A stretch of DNA of 64,000 nucleotides. It comes from Bacteroidales bacterium (GTDB lineage Bacteria > Bacteroidota > Bacteroidia > Bacteroidales > UBA12077). The stretch is from contig JAZBOG010000034.1 of NCBI GenBank assembly GCA_036351015.1, forward strand, positions 21,665 through 85,664, given 5' to 3'. A program made the position numbers and the translations under genes. A model generated the notes under the pieces. The model was not told the DNA's origin, did no database searches, and saw nothing but the letters and a program-made list of their open reading frames with translations. Position 1 is the first letter of the stretch; each line of letters opens with the position of its first letter. This document shows positions 1-8,633 of the stretch, piece after piece.

Positions 1-559
1 TAAAAATGTATCATGGAATTTTAGAAATCTTACAAACTATTCGACCGGCAGACACTCCGGTTGCCCTTTTACAACAAACCTGACAGAGTTGATGAAAAAT
101 AAAACAATATAATATACTCATCACTTATCATCCAAATATTTCAACTTTTTTTATCGAAACCAAGTTACTCAAAAAACCACCACAGGAGTAAACCCATCCA
201 AAAAATTTGCCTTCCCCAACGCAAGGCTGACAGGAACGAAGGAGCAAGTTGAAAAAATATCCAAAAAACAAAACCCCCCTGGAGGTAATCGAACAGGCTG
301 CCCCGCCGAATATAACCGGCACAATAAAACCGGAATCGTTGGCACAAATCGAATCGTGTTATCTAATCCGGGCAAAATTGAACTCCCATAGCAACAAAGG
401 CATTGTTCAACTCTATTCTATCAACAACTTCCTGCCTTTAGAATATAATTAACCTTTTAATTTTCTTACAAACTATGTGCTTTCATTTATTTGTTATAGT
501 TTTAGGGTAACTGTTGAAAGAATACTAAATAGTTAGCACCAATTATAAACAACCTAATT

Positions 560-2230
560 ATGAAAATACAACTTCCCTTATTATTGCTACTCTGCCTGGC
601 ATTGAGTTCATATGGTCAAATTGGAGAGAGTGAAGCAATAGACAGTCTATTCTTAGAATGGAATAAGCCTGAAACACCAGGTTGTGCAGTTGGAATAGTT
701 AAAGATGGAAAGCTAATCTACTCGAAAGGATATGGAATTGCTGACCTGGAACACGACATAGAAATTACCCCATCATCTGTTTTCTACATTGGTTCTGTTT
801 CAAAACAGTTCGTAACATTTAGCCTTTTACTTCTCGAGGAGCAGGAAAAAATAAACCTTGATGATAAAATTCAAAAATACCTTCCTGATTTTCCAGAATA
901 CAATTCTACTTTAACCATAAGAAACTTTATTCATCACACAAGTGGTGTTAGAGATTATCTAACCTTAATGTATTTAAAAGGGAGAAGCTATCTAGACAAT
1001 ATTGATGAAGATGAAGTCTATGAGCTTATTAAAAAACAAAAAGAACTGAATTTTAAACCTGGCGAGAAGTATTTATATAGTAATTCTTGTTACTTCATGC
1101 TTGCAATGATAATTGAAAAAGCCGCAGGTCAATCCTTAAAAGATTTTGCTCATGAAAATATTTTTCAGCCTTTAGGAATGAAAAATTCACTTTTTTATGA
1201 TGACAATACGGACTTAATTAAAAATCGAGTTTTTAGTTATGAAAAGAAAAGTAATGAAGATGGATTTAATAATTTGATTATGAGATTTGACCTGGTTGGT
1301 TCTGGTGGAGTTTATTCCAGCATAGAGGATTTATATCTATGGGACCAGAATTTTTATAATAATAAATTAGGAAAAGGAGGGCAAAATATTATTGATAAAA
1401 TGCACGAAGAAGGCCTCTTAAATAATGGTAAAAGTTGTGGTTATGCTTTTGCATTAAATAAAGGAACTTACAAAGGTTTAAAAACAGTAAGTCATGGAGG
1501 ATCGCTCGCAGGATATCGAGCACAGTTAATGCGATTTCCAAATGAGAATTTTTCCGTTATTATTTTGGCCAACCGGGGAGACGCAAATCCAACACGTAAG
1601 TCATTTCAAATCGCGGACATCCTACTCAAAGATAAATTAGTTAACGAATCCCAAAAGAAAGAAATTAAAACAGTTGAAACTGCAAATACGACTATTCCAG
1701 AACAGTATTCCCTTAATCAAATAACTGGTAATTATGAACTACAAGCTGGAGTTATTTTAGAATTAACTGTAAAAAATGATTCTCTTCATGTTCTACAGAA
1801 TTGGAATAAATCTTCTTACAACATTATAAACACAACTGGAAATACATATGAAATACCAAATGACCCATCTATTCAATTCGTATTCTCAGAATTGAAAGAT
1901 GATTTTACCCAGATACTTACAGTTTTTCAAAATGGAAATGAAACTATTTGTAAAAGAAAAGAAAAATCTGAGATTTCTAATATAAACTTAGAAAACTATA
2001 CTGGAGAGTTTTATAGTGAAGAATTAGATGCCAAGTATTTGCTCTTTCTTGAAGATGGAAAATTAAAAATCCAAATTGCAAATTACGATTCACAAGAGCT
2101 GGACATATATGGAATGGATACTTTTACCTCTGATGATTACCTGGTTCGTTTTAACAGGTCAAATGGATTAATATCAGGTTTTGAACTTGATGCCGGAAGA
2201 GTAACTAATTTGAAATTCGAAAAAAAATAA
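560..2230 (+). CDS. Serine hydrolase of the beta-lactamase/transpeptidase-like superfamily, with a ~190-aa C-terminal extension
   Basis: 556-aa ORF with a signal peptide (MKIQLPLLLLLCLALSSYG). It has an SxxK motif in GSVSKQF, a YxN motif in YLYSNSCY and an HGG box in VSHGGSLAGY, in the canonical order. Confidence 0.85.
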   Translation: MKIQLPLLLLLCLALSSYGQIGESEAIDSLFLEWNKPETPGCAVGIVKDGKLIYSKGYGIADLEHDIEITPSSVFYIGSVSKQFVTFSLLLLEEQEKINLDDKIQKYLPDFPEYNSTLTIRNFIHHTSGVRDYLTLMYLKGRSYLDNIDEDEVYELIKKQKELNFKPGEKYLYSNSCYFMLAMIIEKAAGQSLKDFAHENIFQPLGMKNSLFYDDNTDLIKNRVFSYEKKSNEDGFNNLIMRFDLVGSGGVYSSIEDLYLWDQNFYNNKLGKGGQNIIDKMHEEGLLNNGKSCGYAFALNKGTYKGLKTVSHGGSLAGYRAQLMRFPNENFSVIILANRGDANPTRKSFQIADILLKDKLVNESQKKEIKTVETANTTIPEQYSLNQITGNYELQAGVILELTVKNDSLHVLQNWNKSSYNIINTTGNTYEIPNDPSIQFVFSELKDDFTQILTVFQNGNETICKRKEKSEISNINLENYTGEFYSEELDAKYLLFLEDGKLKIQIANYDSQELDIYGMDTFTSDDYLVRFNRSNGLISGFELDAGRVTNLKFEKK

Positions 2231-2237
2231 AAGGTAC

Positions 2238-2396
2238 TAATCGGGCAGGCAGCCCCGGCAGTTAAAATCTGCCGGTAAGAACCTCTCACACCACCCAGCG
2301 TAGGTTCTCCTACCGGGCCACCATTTACGTCGTTTTGAAAGTACGCTGTAAAAAGGAGTTCATCCTTTTCTTAGCCTTCCGGGAGTGTAAGCCACC
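2238..2396. repeat. Copy A of a GC-rich intergenic element, partner at 3713-3932
   Basis: Shares ordered blocks with copy B: AATCGGGCAGG, CTGCCGG, ACCTCTC, CTACCGGGC, CATTTA, GTTTT..AAGTAC, GTAAAAA, a hairpin, GCCTTCCGGGAGT, GTAAGC. It starts 8 nt after the stop codon at 2230. Confidence 0.6.
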
Positions 2397-2537
2397 TTTC
2401 ATTCACCGAAATTTATCTATCGTTGAGTAACTATTAATAATAAAAATAGATTTTAAACAAACTGCTGTTGCCTGCAAGCATTGTTCCGTCCTTTAAAAAA
2501 ATACCGCAACAAAAAAACGTTTATTTGTTGCAAGAAA

Positions 2538-2586
2538 TGCGACGAATAATTTTGAAGTGCGACGAATAAACAGTACATTTGTCGCA
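2538..2586 (+). promoter_or_regulatory. Candidate fic promoter with three TGCGAC boxes (putative operator)
   Basis: TGCGACGAATAA occurs at 2538-2549 and again at 2558-2569, a 20-bp period. An inverted TTGTCGCA lies at 2579-2586. TTTG at 2551-2554 and TACATTTG at 2574-2581 are spaced 19 bp apart, matching the Bacteroides -33 TTTG / -7 TAnnTTTG consensus. Confidence 0.4.
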
Positions 2587-2599
2587 AAACATGCCACGA

Positions 2600-3700
2600 A
2601 TGAAAGTTTATATATATCAACAAAACCATTGGCCCGATTTCAAATGGAATAGTGATGAATTGGTAGGTTTATTAAGTGAAGCCAGACATTTACAAGGAAG
2701 ATTATTGGGAAAAATGGAGTCATTAGGTTTCGACCTCAGAAATGAAGCTTTTCTTGACACCTTGACCCTTGAGGTTTTAAAATCTTCTGAAATTGAAGGT
2801 GAGTTTCTAAATCCCGCCCAGGTACGTTCATCTGTTGCCAGAAAATTAGGAATGGAAATAGCAGGTTCCGTTGAATCTGACCGGGATGTTGATGGTGTTG
2901 TTGAGATGATGCTCGATGCCACACAGAATTGTTTTAAACCTTTAACCAATGAAAGGCTTTTTAACTGGCATGCAGCATTGTTCCCGACGGGCAGAAGCGG
3001 AATGTCCAAGATCACCGTGGCGGATTGGAGAAAAGACACCACCGGACCAATGCAAGTTGTATCGGGAGCCATGGGAAAAGAAAAAGTGCATTTTCAGGCC
3101 CCTGATTCATCAAGAGTTGATAATGAAATGAATATGTTTTTAGATTGGTTCAACAATAGCATTGAAAATGATTTAGTACTCAAAGCAGCTATAGCACACT
3201 TGTGGTTTGTTACAATTCATCCATTTGATGATGGAAATGGTAGAATTGCCAGAGCGTTAACAGATATGATATTAGCACAATCAGATAAAAGCACGCAACG
3301 ATTCTATAGCATGTCAGCTCAAATTAGACATGAAAGGAAACAGTATTATCAAATACTTGAAAAAACACAAAAGGGTAACCTTGATATTACTGAATGGATA
3401 AAATGGTTTTTAAATTGTTTGATAAATTCACTTCAATCTACCGATATTGTCTTAAGCCGGGTTTTATTCAAAGCGGAATTTTGGAGAAAGCATTCAAACA
3501 CAAAAATTAACGAAAGACAGAAAAAATTATTGAACAAAATACTGGACGGATTTGAAGGGAAGTTGACATCCTCAAAATGGGCCAGAATTGCAAAATGTTC
3601 AAAGGATACGGCAATTAGGGATATAAACGATTTAATAAGCAATGGCATATTGAAAAAAGAAGACGGAGGAGGAAGAAGTACAAGTTATGAGTTGAAATAA
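2600..3700 (+). CDS. Fic family protein (class II, N-terminal inhibitory helix, C-terminal winged-HTH-like tail)
   Basis: The Fic active-site motif HPFDDGNGRIAR matches HxFx(D/E)GNGRxxR. An N-terminal SSEIEG matches the inhibitory (S/T)xxxE(G/N) motif. The track ORF starts at a TTG at 2579; the ATG at 2600 (MKVYIYQQNHWPDFKW) fits the family N-terminus better. Confidence 0.9.
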   Translation: MKVYIYQQNHWPDFKWNSDELVGLLSEARHLQGRLLGKMESLGFDLRNEAFLDTLTLEVLKSSEIEGEFLNPAQVRSSVARKLGMEIAGSVESDRDVDGVVEMMLDATQNCFKPLTNERLFNWHAALFPTGRSGMSKITVADWRKDTTGPMQVVSGAMGKEKVHFQAPDSSRVDNEMNMFLDWFNNSIENDLVLKAAIAHLWFVTIHPFDDGNGRIARALTDMILAQSDKSTQRFYSMSAQIRHERKQYYQILEKTQKGNLDITEWIKWFLNCLINSLQSTDIVLSRVLFKAEFWRKHSNTKINERQKKLLNKILDGFEGKLTSSKWARIAKCSKDTAIRDINDLISNGILKKEDGGGRSTSYELK

Positions 3701-3712
3701 ATGCCATTCGGA

Positions 3713-3932
3713 AATCGGGCAGGTTGCCGAAAGACTAATCACCTGCCGGAGTACCTCTCCCATTTATCTGCCGGAATGAAATAAAGGCATGCCCACTATA
3801 TCCCGGCGAAATAACATGAACAGGCTCTACCGGGCGGTTAGCAGACATCATTTATAAAGTTTTATAAGTACACGGTAAAAAAAGAATCCCCCTCTTTTTT
3901 TTGCCTTCCGGGAGTAATTGTGTTGTAAGCTT
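3713..3932. repeat. Copy B of the GC-rich intergenic element, partner at 2238-2396
   Basis: Has the same ordered blocks as copy A plus a ~55-nt insertion that has its own GCCGG/CCGGC stem. It starts 13 nt after the fic stop at 3700. Confidence 0.6.
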
Positions 3933-3960
3933 CCCCAAAAACCGGACAGTTTAAAAGTAA

Positions 3961-5541
3961 TTAATAGTGTAATGTAAAATAAAATACAGCACCTTTACCA
4001 GGTTCACTTTCTAACCATATTCTTTCATTATGTTTATCTATAAATTCTTTACAAAGTATTAAACCCAAACCAGTACCCTGTTCTTTTAAGGTTCCAGGAG
4101 AAGAAATATTTTCATCAAGTCGAAATAACTTATCGATCGCTGATTCAGAAAGACCAACTCCTGAATCTTTTACTGAAATCTCTACTTTATTTTGATTTAC
4201 CTTAGTTTGAACTTTAATTAAACCTCCATTTCGGGTAAACTTTATCGCATTGGAAATTAAATTTCTTAACACTGTTCTTATCATTTCCTTATCAGCATAA
4301 ACAACTTTTCCTGCAATTAAATTTTTCTCTATTTTTATTGATTTTTGTTCTGCTACCTCCCAAAATAATGATAGTGTTTTACTAATCGCTTCATCTATTT
4401 CAAAATATTCTGGATTGTATTCCAATCTGCCCGTTTGAGAAAGTGACCACTCCATTAAATTGGTAAGTAAATCCATTGCTTTTTTCGATGCATTCATAAT
4501 AACTTTCGAATACTTTAAAACATTCTCCATATCATCTTCTTCTACCTGATTTACAAGCAATTCTCCAAAACCAATAATAGAGTTAAAAGGGTTTCTTAAA
4601 TCATGTGCGATGATAGATAAAAACCGGTCTTTTTCAGCATTTAATTTTTGTAATTTCTGATTTTTAAGCTTAATATTTTCTGTTTTGATCTTAATCTGTT
4701 TGCGAAGCAACCACACCCACATAAATACTAATGCGAACAATATTGTTGCTACCAATAAAACAATTCCAATGTTCCTTGCAATTCGTTCATATTTGAAATC
4801 ATTTCTTTCATAAACTTTCCATTTAGCGTGTATTTCTTCAAGTTCCCCATTGGCTCGCAGGTCTGAAATACTTTTATTTAAGATGGCCAACAAATGCGTA
4901 TTTCCTTTTTTTACGGCCATACAATAAATACTGGGAATTATTGGTGGCCCCTTAACCTGCACATTTTTATAATTATTTTTACTAATCTCATTCATTCCCA
5001 ATGAATGCGGTGCTATTACGAAATCTGCCCTACCCCATTCAATACCTGCAATTGCCTCAGGTAAGGATTTTGCAACAATATAGTTATGGTAAAGGCCCAT
5101 CGGAATAAGAAATTTATCAATAGATATATCCTCTTTTAAAACCATTAACTTATAATTGTACAAATCAGATATTTCTTTTAATTGCAAATTCTTCCGAATA
5201 AAAATTGAATAATACTCAGTATGCAATGGATTTGTAAAATCCAGAATCGCTTCTCTTTCTTCTGAAAAAATTATTCCTGTTATAATATCAGTTTTCCCTG
5301 TTTGAATGTATGTTAATGCACTATCCCATTCACTTAATTCATATTCAAACGCTATACCTGTATCCTCAGAAATTGCATTCAATATATCAATATCTAACCC
5401 AGAAGCCTTCCCTGTTTTATCAATATAGGAGAACGGTGGATAATCAAAATCTCCACCCACAATATAAGTTTGGGAGAATAAAGCATTAAACTGAATGAGG
5501 TTTAAAAAAAGTATGAGAAGAGGGCAAAGAATTCTAATCAT
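3961..5541 (-). CDS. Sensor histidine kinase with an extracytoplasmic solute-binding (SBP_bac_3-like) sensor domain
   Basis: 526 aa. It has a signal/TM segment, a ~230-aa periplasmic binding-protein-like region, a TM segment (IGIVLLVATILFALVFMWVWLL), an H-box in SIIAHDLRNPFNSI, and ATPase G-boxes in DSGVGL and GTGLGL. Confidence 0.85.
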   Translation of the reverse strand: MIRILCPLLILFLNLIQFNALFSQTYIVGGDFDYPPFSYIDKTGKASGLDIDILNAISEDTGIAFEYELSEWDSALTYIQTGKTDIITGIIFSEEREAILDFTNPLHTEYYSIFIRKNLQLKEISDLYNYKLMVLKEDISIDKFLIPMGLYHNYIVAKSLPEAIAGIEWGRADFVIAPHSLGMNEISKNNYKNVQVKGPPIIPSIYCMAVKKGNTHLLAILNKSISDLRANGELEEIHAKWKVYERNDFKYERIARNIGIVLLVATILFALVFMWVWLLRKQIKIKTENIKLKNQKLQKLNAEKDRFLSIIAHDLRNPFNSIIGFGELLVNQVEEDDMENVLKYSKVIMNASKKAMDLLTNLMEWSLSQTGRLEYNPEYFEIDEAISKTLSLFWEVAEQKSIKIEKNLIAGKVVYADKEMIRTVLRNLISNAIKFTRNGGLIKVQTKVNQNKVEISVKDSGVGLSESAIDKLFRLDENISSPGTLKEQGTGLGLILCKEFIDKHNERIWLESEPGKGAVFYFTLHY

Positions 5542-5747
5542 TTTATTGTTGACTTAAATGTATTGCATCTTTAGATCTTAAAAAGAGATCGATTAGCTTA
5601 AAATATTATATTACGAATATATTATTATTAAGTTATTCAACAAAAAATATTTTTTGCCCTCTGTTAAAAGGAATTAATAAAAGTTCTTAGCTTATGTTTA
5701 CCCCCTTTAGCTCATGCTCTCGACAACCCCAGCATCTGCATATATTC

Positions 5748-6581
5748 TTACATAAAAACCGGTTTACTCCGCTCCACATAGTCTTTGAGCGGGGTGGGCT
5801 TTCGGCCCAAGATCTTCTCTATGCCATCGGATGGTTGGGCTACCTGTCCCTTTTTGATCTTGCCAAATACGGCGATCATGGCATCGATATATTCTTTGGA
5901 AAAGCCCCGCTTTTCCATCTCTGTTCTGTACGTTTCATCGTCCGGCTCTTTGAAGGTAATCTTCCTGCCCAAAACCTCTGAAAAAATTTCCGCCGCCTGA
6001 TGAAGATCCATTGCTTCGGGCCCGGTAAGGTACAGGGTTTCTTTCGTAAAATCTGATGGATGCTCAATCACTTCAGCAGCCACCTGACCAATATCGTGGG
6101 TATCTATATATGGTGCCTTGCCTTTGCCTGTGGGCAGAAAGAGTTGATGCTGATCCTGGATATCCCCGGTTTGATACAACTCAAAATTCTGCATGAAAAA
6201 ATTCGCCCGTAAAAAGGTATAATCCCTGCCGCTGTTTTCAATCAGCTCCATAATATTGGGGTACGAGGCGATAAACACAAATTGCTGCACCCCGGATTCT
6301 ATGGCCTGCTCTACCAGGGGAACCAACAGTTTCTCTGCTCCCGGCGTAGCTGATGGGCCACATAAGAAAAGAGTCTCCACGCCTTTCAGGGCTTCGGGAA
6401 ATCGTGCCGGGTCTTTGAAATCCAGATACGCCGTATCGGTTTCGAAACCAAATTTTTCAAAGGCTTTTCCGGCATCCCTTGTTGCCGCGGTAAAAGGAAT
6501 CCCCTTCCCGTGTAAGGCTTTGGACAGGGGTAAACCAATATTTCCTGTAGATGCTGTTACCAAAATTTCTGATCTGTTCAT
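5748..6581 (-). CDS. NmrA-like / atypical SDR NAD(P)-binding protein
   Basis: 277 aa with an N-terminal Rossmann glycine motif in ILVTASTGNIGLPL. Length and layout are typical of the NmrA family. Confidence 0.8.
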   Translation of the reverse strand: MNRSEILVTASTGNIGLPLSKALHGKGIPFTAATRDAGKAFEKFGFETDTAYLDFKDPARFPEALKGVETLFLCGPSATPGAEKLLVPLVEQAIESGVQQFVFIASYPNIMELIENSGRDYTFLRANFFMQNFELYQTGDIQDQHQLFLPTGKGKAPYIDTHDIGQVAAEVIEHPSDFTKETLYLTGPEAMDLHQAAEIFSEVLGRKITFKEPDDETYRTEMEKRGFSKEYIDAMIAVFGKIKKGQVAQPSDGIEKILGRKPTPLKDYVERSKPVFM

Positions 6582-6716
6582 AGCTATGTTTTTTATTTTC
6601 AGGATTCAACAATTCTTTAACTGGTCAACAAGCGAGAAAACGGATAGTTCAAAAAAGGGGCCCTTCAGTTGAAAAGGGGCAGGATTTCATCGAAAAACCG
6701 CTAATTTGAAGCAAAA

Positions 6717-6744
6717 ATACCATAGAAGCGTACTTCTATGGTAT
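6717..6744 (-). terminator. Hairpin downstream of the 6794-7258 gene
   Basis: ATACCATAGAAG/CTTCTATGGTAT forms a perfect 12-bp stem with a 4-nt loop. On the minus strand it is followed by TTTTGCTTC. Confidence 0.5.
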
Positions 6745-6793
6745 TAATTTTTCTTTAAACAATCAACCGGGTAGCGGTTGGCTGGCTTTTCCC

Positions 6794-7258
6794 TTAACGG
6801 TCTGTTGCAGCTGCTTTTCTCTCAATCCATATTTTTGCCACAAACCAGAGCAGCAATGAGAACAGGTAAATAAGCATCCCGTAAATGGTTACAATCATCG
6901 TCACTTTTATTCCTCCATATACCAGTTTCGGAATAATTTCTTCTCCGTTGCTTAAGGCATGCTCTATTGCATCAAACATTCCATAGAGTCCAACCATCTG
7001 CCCTGTAATACCGACAATCAGCGTAAATAACCCGATCGATTTTCCAATATCAAACCGGCGTAGCAATTTTTCCCGGTTGATTTGCCCGGAACTATACGCA
7101 ACAATAAAATGATAAATAAACCATGCCGTACTACCAATGAGTAAAATTGTAAGGATGCCCATAAAACCAGGTCCACCCATAAAAAATAAATCTTTCATAA
7201 TACTTTTTTTTTTGATGAATACTTCTGCCAAATTACTTGAGTTTAAGAGATTCATCAA
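6794..7258 (-). CDS. Small MotA/TolQ/ExbB-like proton-channel family membrane protein (tentative)
   Basis: Three predicted TM segments. The second contains GITGQMVGLYGMFDAI, which resembles the GLLGTVxGM box of ExbB/TolQ. The likely true start is the internal MKDLFF at 7198. Confidence 0.5.
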   Translation of the reverse strand: MMNLLNSSNLAEVFIKKKSIMKDLFFMGGPGFMGILTILLIGSTAWFIYHFIVAYSSGQINREKLLRRFDIGKSIGLFTLIVGITGQMVGLYGMFDAIEHALSNGEEIIPKLVYGGIKVTMIVTIYGMLIYLFSLLLWFVAKIWIERKAAATDR

Positions 7259-7339
7259 GGTCGAATCCGGTTCTAAACCGGTTATTTATCGACACTACCT
7301 TGTAATTTTAATATCTTTACCGAAATTAGCCTAAAAAAA

Positions 7340-8113
7340 TTGGAAAAAATGCATAAAAAATCAAAAAATCCCTATTACCATATTGGCTATTGGATGCTGG
7401 TGGTACTTGTTTTGACCCTGGTTTTTGGACTTTCCTGGGGCAACAATACCGCAGCCTTTTTCTTTGTTTGCATGCTCCTTCCCATTGTTTTAGGAACATC
7501 CTATTTCTTTAATTATTTTCTTGTGCCGAAATATTATCTTAAGAAAAGGTACGCCAAATTTGCATTTTACACCTTTTGCACGGCTGTTATTTCGGTATAC
7601 CTTGAGATGATTGTCCTGGTTATTTCGTACGTATACCTTGTAAATCTCAGCTATCAGAGTTTGAGTCCGAATGCTACTCAAATTATTTTATTGGCAGTGG
7701 TTTTGTATTTATTGGTATTTATTGGCTCGTTCATTTTAATGATGCATCAGATTATAGAAAACAGGCAGGTGATCCAACACCTTTTAGCCGAAAAAGAAAA
7801 GATGAAGAAACCGTTTCTTGAAATAATGTCGAACAGGAAAATTGCCAAAATCCCTTACGGGGATATTGTCTACATTGAAAGTTTATCGGATTATATTCAG
7901 GTAATCACAGTCAACGGTCAACTCATGAGTAAGGAAAAAATCAGTAACCTGGCCAACAGGTTACCGGATATTTTTTTAAGAATTCATCGTTCCTTTATTA
8001 TAAATACCGAACGCTTAAAAAGCATCTCCTACGACGAAGTTATGGTGGATGATGTGCCTTTAACCATCGGGCGCAGTTACAGAAAAACGGTGAAAGAAGC
8101 CTTAAGAAGTTAA
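7340..8113 (+). CDS. Membrane-anchored LytTR-domain DNA-binding protein
   Basis: 257 aa with four N-terminal TM helices. The C-terminal LytTR signature reads IVYIESLSDYIQVITVNG...FLRIHRSFIIN. There is no receiver domain. Confidence 0.8.
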   Translation: MEKMHKKSKNPYYHIGYWMLVVLVLTLVFGLSWGNNTAAFFFVCMLLPIVLGTSYFFNYFLVPKYYLKKRYAKFAFYTFCTAVISVYLEMIVLVISYVYLVNLSYQSLSPNATQIILLAVVLYLLVFIGSFILMMHQIIENRQVIQHLLAEKEKMKKPFLEIMSNRKIAKIPYGDIVYIESLSDYIQVITVNGQLMSKEKISNLANRLPDIFLRIHRSFIINTERLKSISYDEVMVDDVPLTIGRSYRKTVKEALRS

Positions 8114-8633
8114 TACAAACATGTTTTCGGGTTGGAGAGATTTAATCTTTTCCGGCGAATTTACAATTCCTCTTATACTTTTTGAAATATTTATTATTCT
8201 CCGGCTGGCATGGATTGTTCCCGGGTTTTTCAACTACCGGTTGCAATAGATAAGGCTAGCATAATTCCGGATTACACATCTTGTCGACAAAAAGAATGCA
8301 ATTAAAAATAGTTCTTCAGATTTTCAGCAATCTTTGCCCTAACCCCTGAAGGGGTAGTTGCTGAATACGAATACAATCCAAACAAAATATCTGTTTTATT
8401 TCTTTCAGGTAAATTCTGCTTAACCGGACTCTTGATTGACAGTCAATGGGTATCCACAAGTAAAAATATGGCAGTTTTCCGACAGGTTATCCCAAAAAAT
8501 GCTATCTTTAGTGTTTCACCGGGTAACAGACCCGTTTTTACCGGTACTTCCGGCCAATGCTATGCTGTTGCCCGGGTCCCCGGGCAGGGTAATTCAACCT
8601 TGTGGTCCACATTAACCAGCAAAAATATTTTAT

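Noticed and set aside
5694-6672. Plus-strand ORFs of 63-138 aa overlapping the NmrA-like gene
   Set aside because: They are antisense to a well-supported CDS with a Rossmann motif and have no features of their own.
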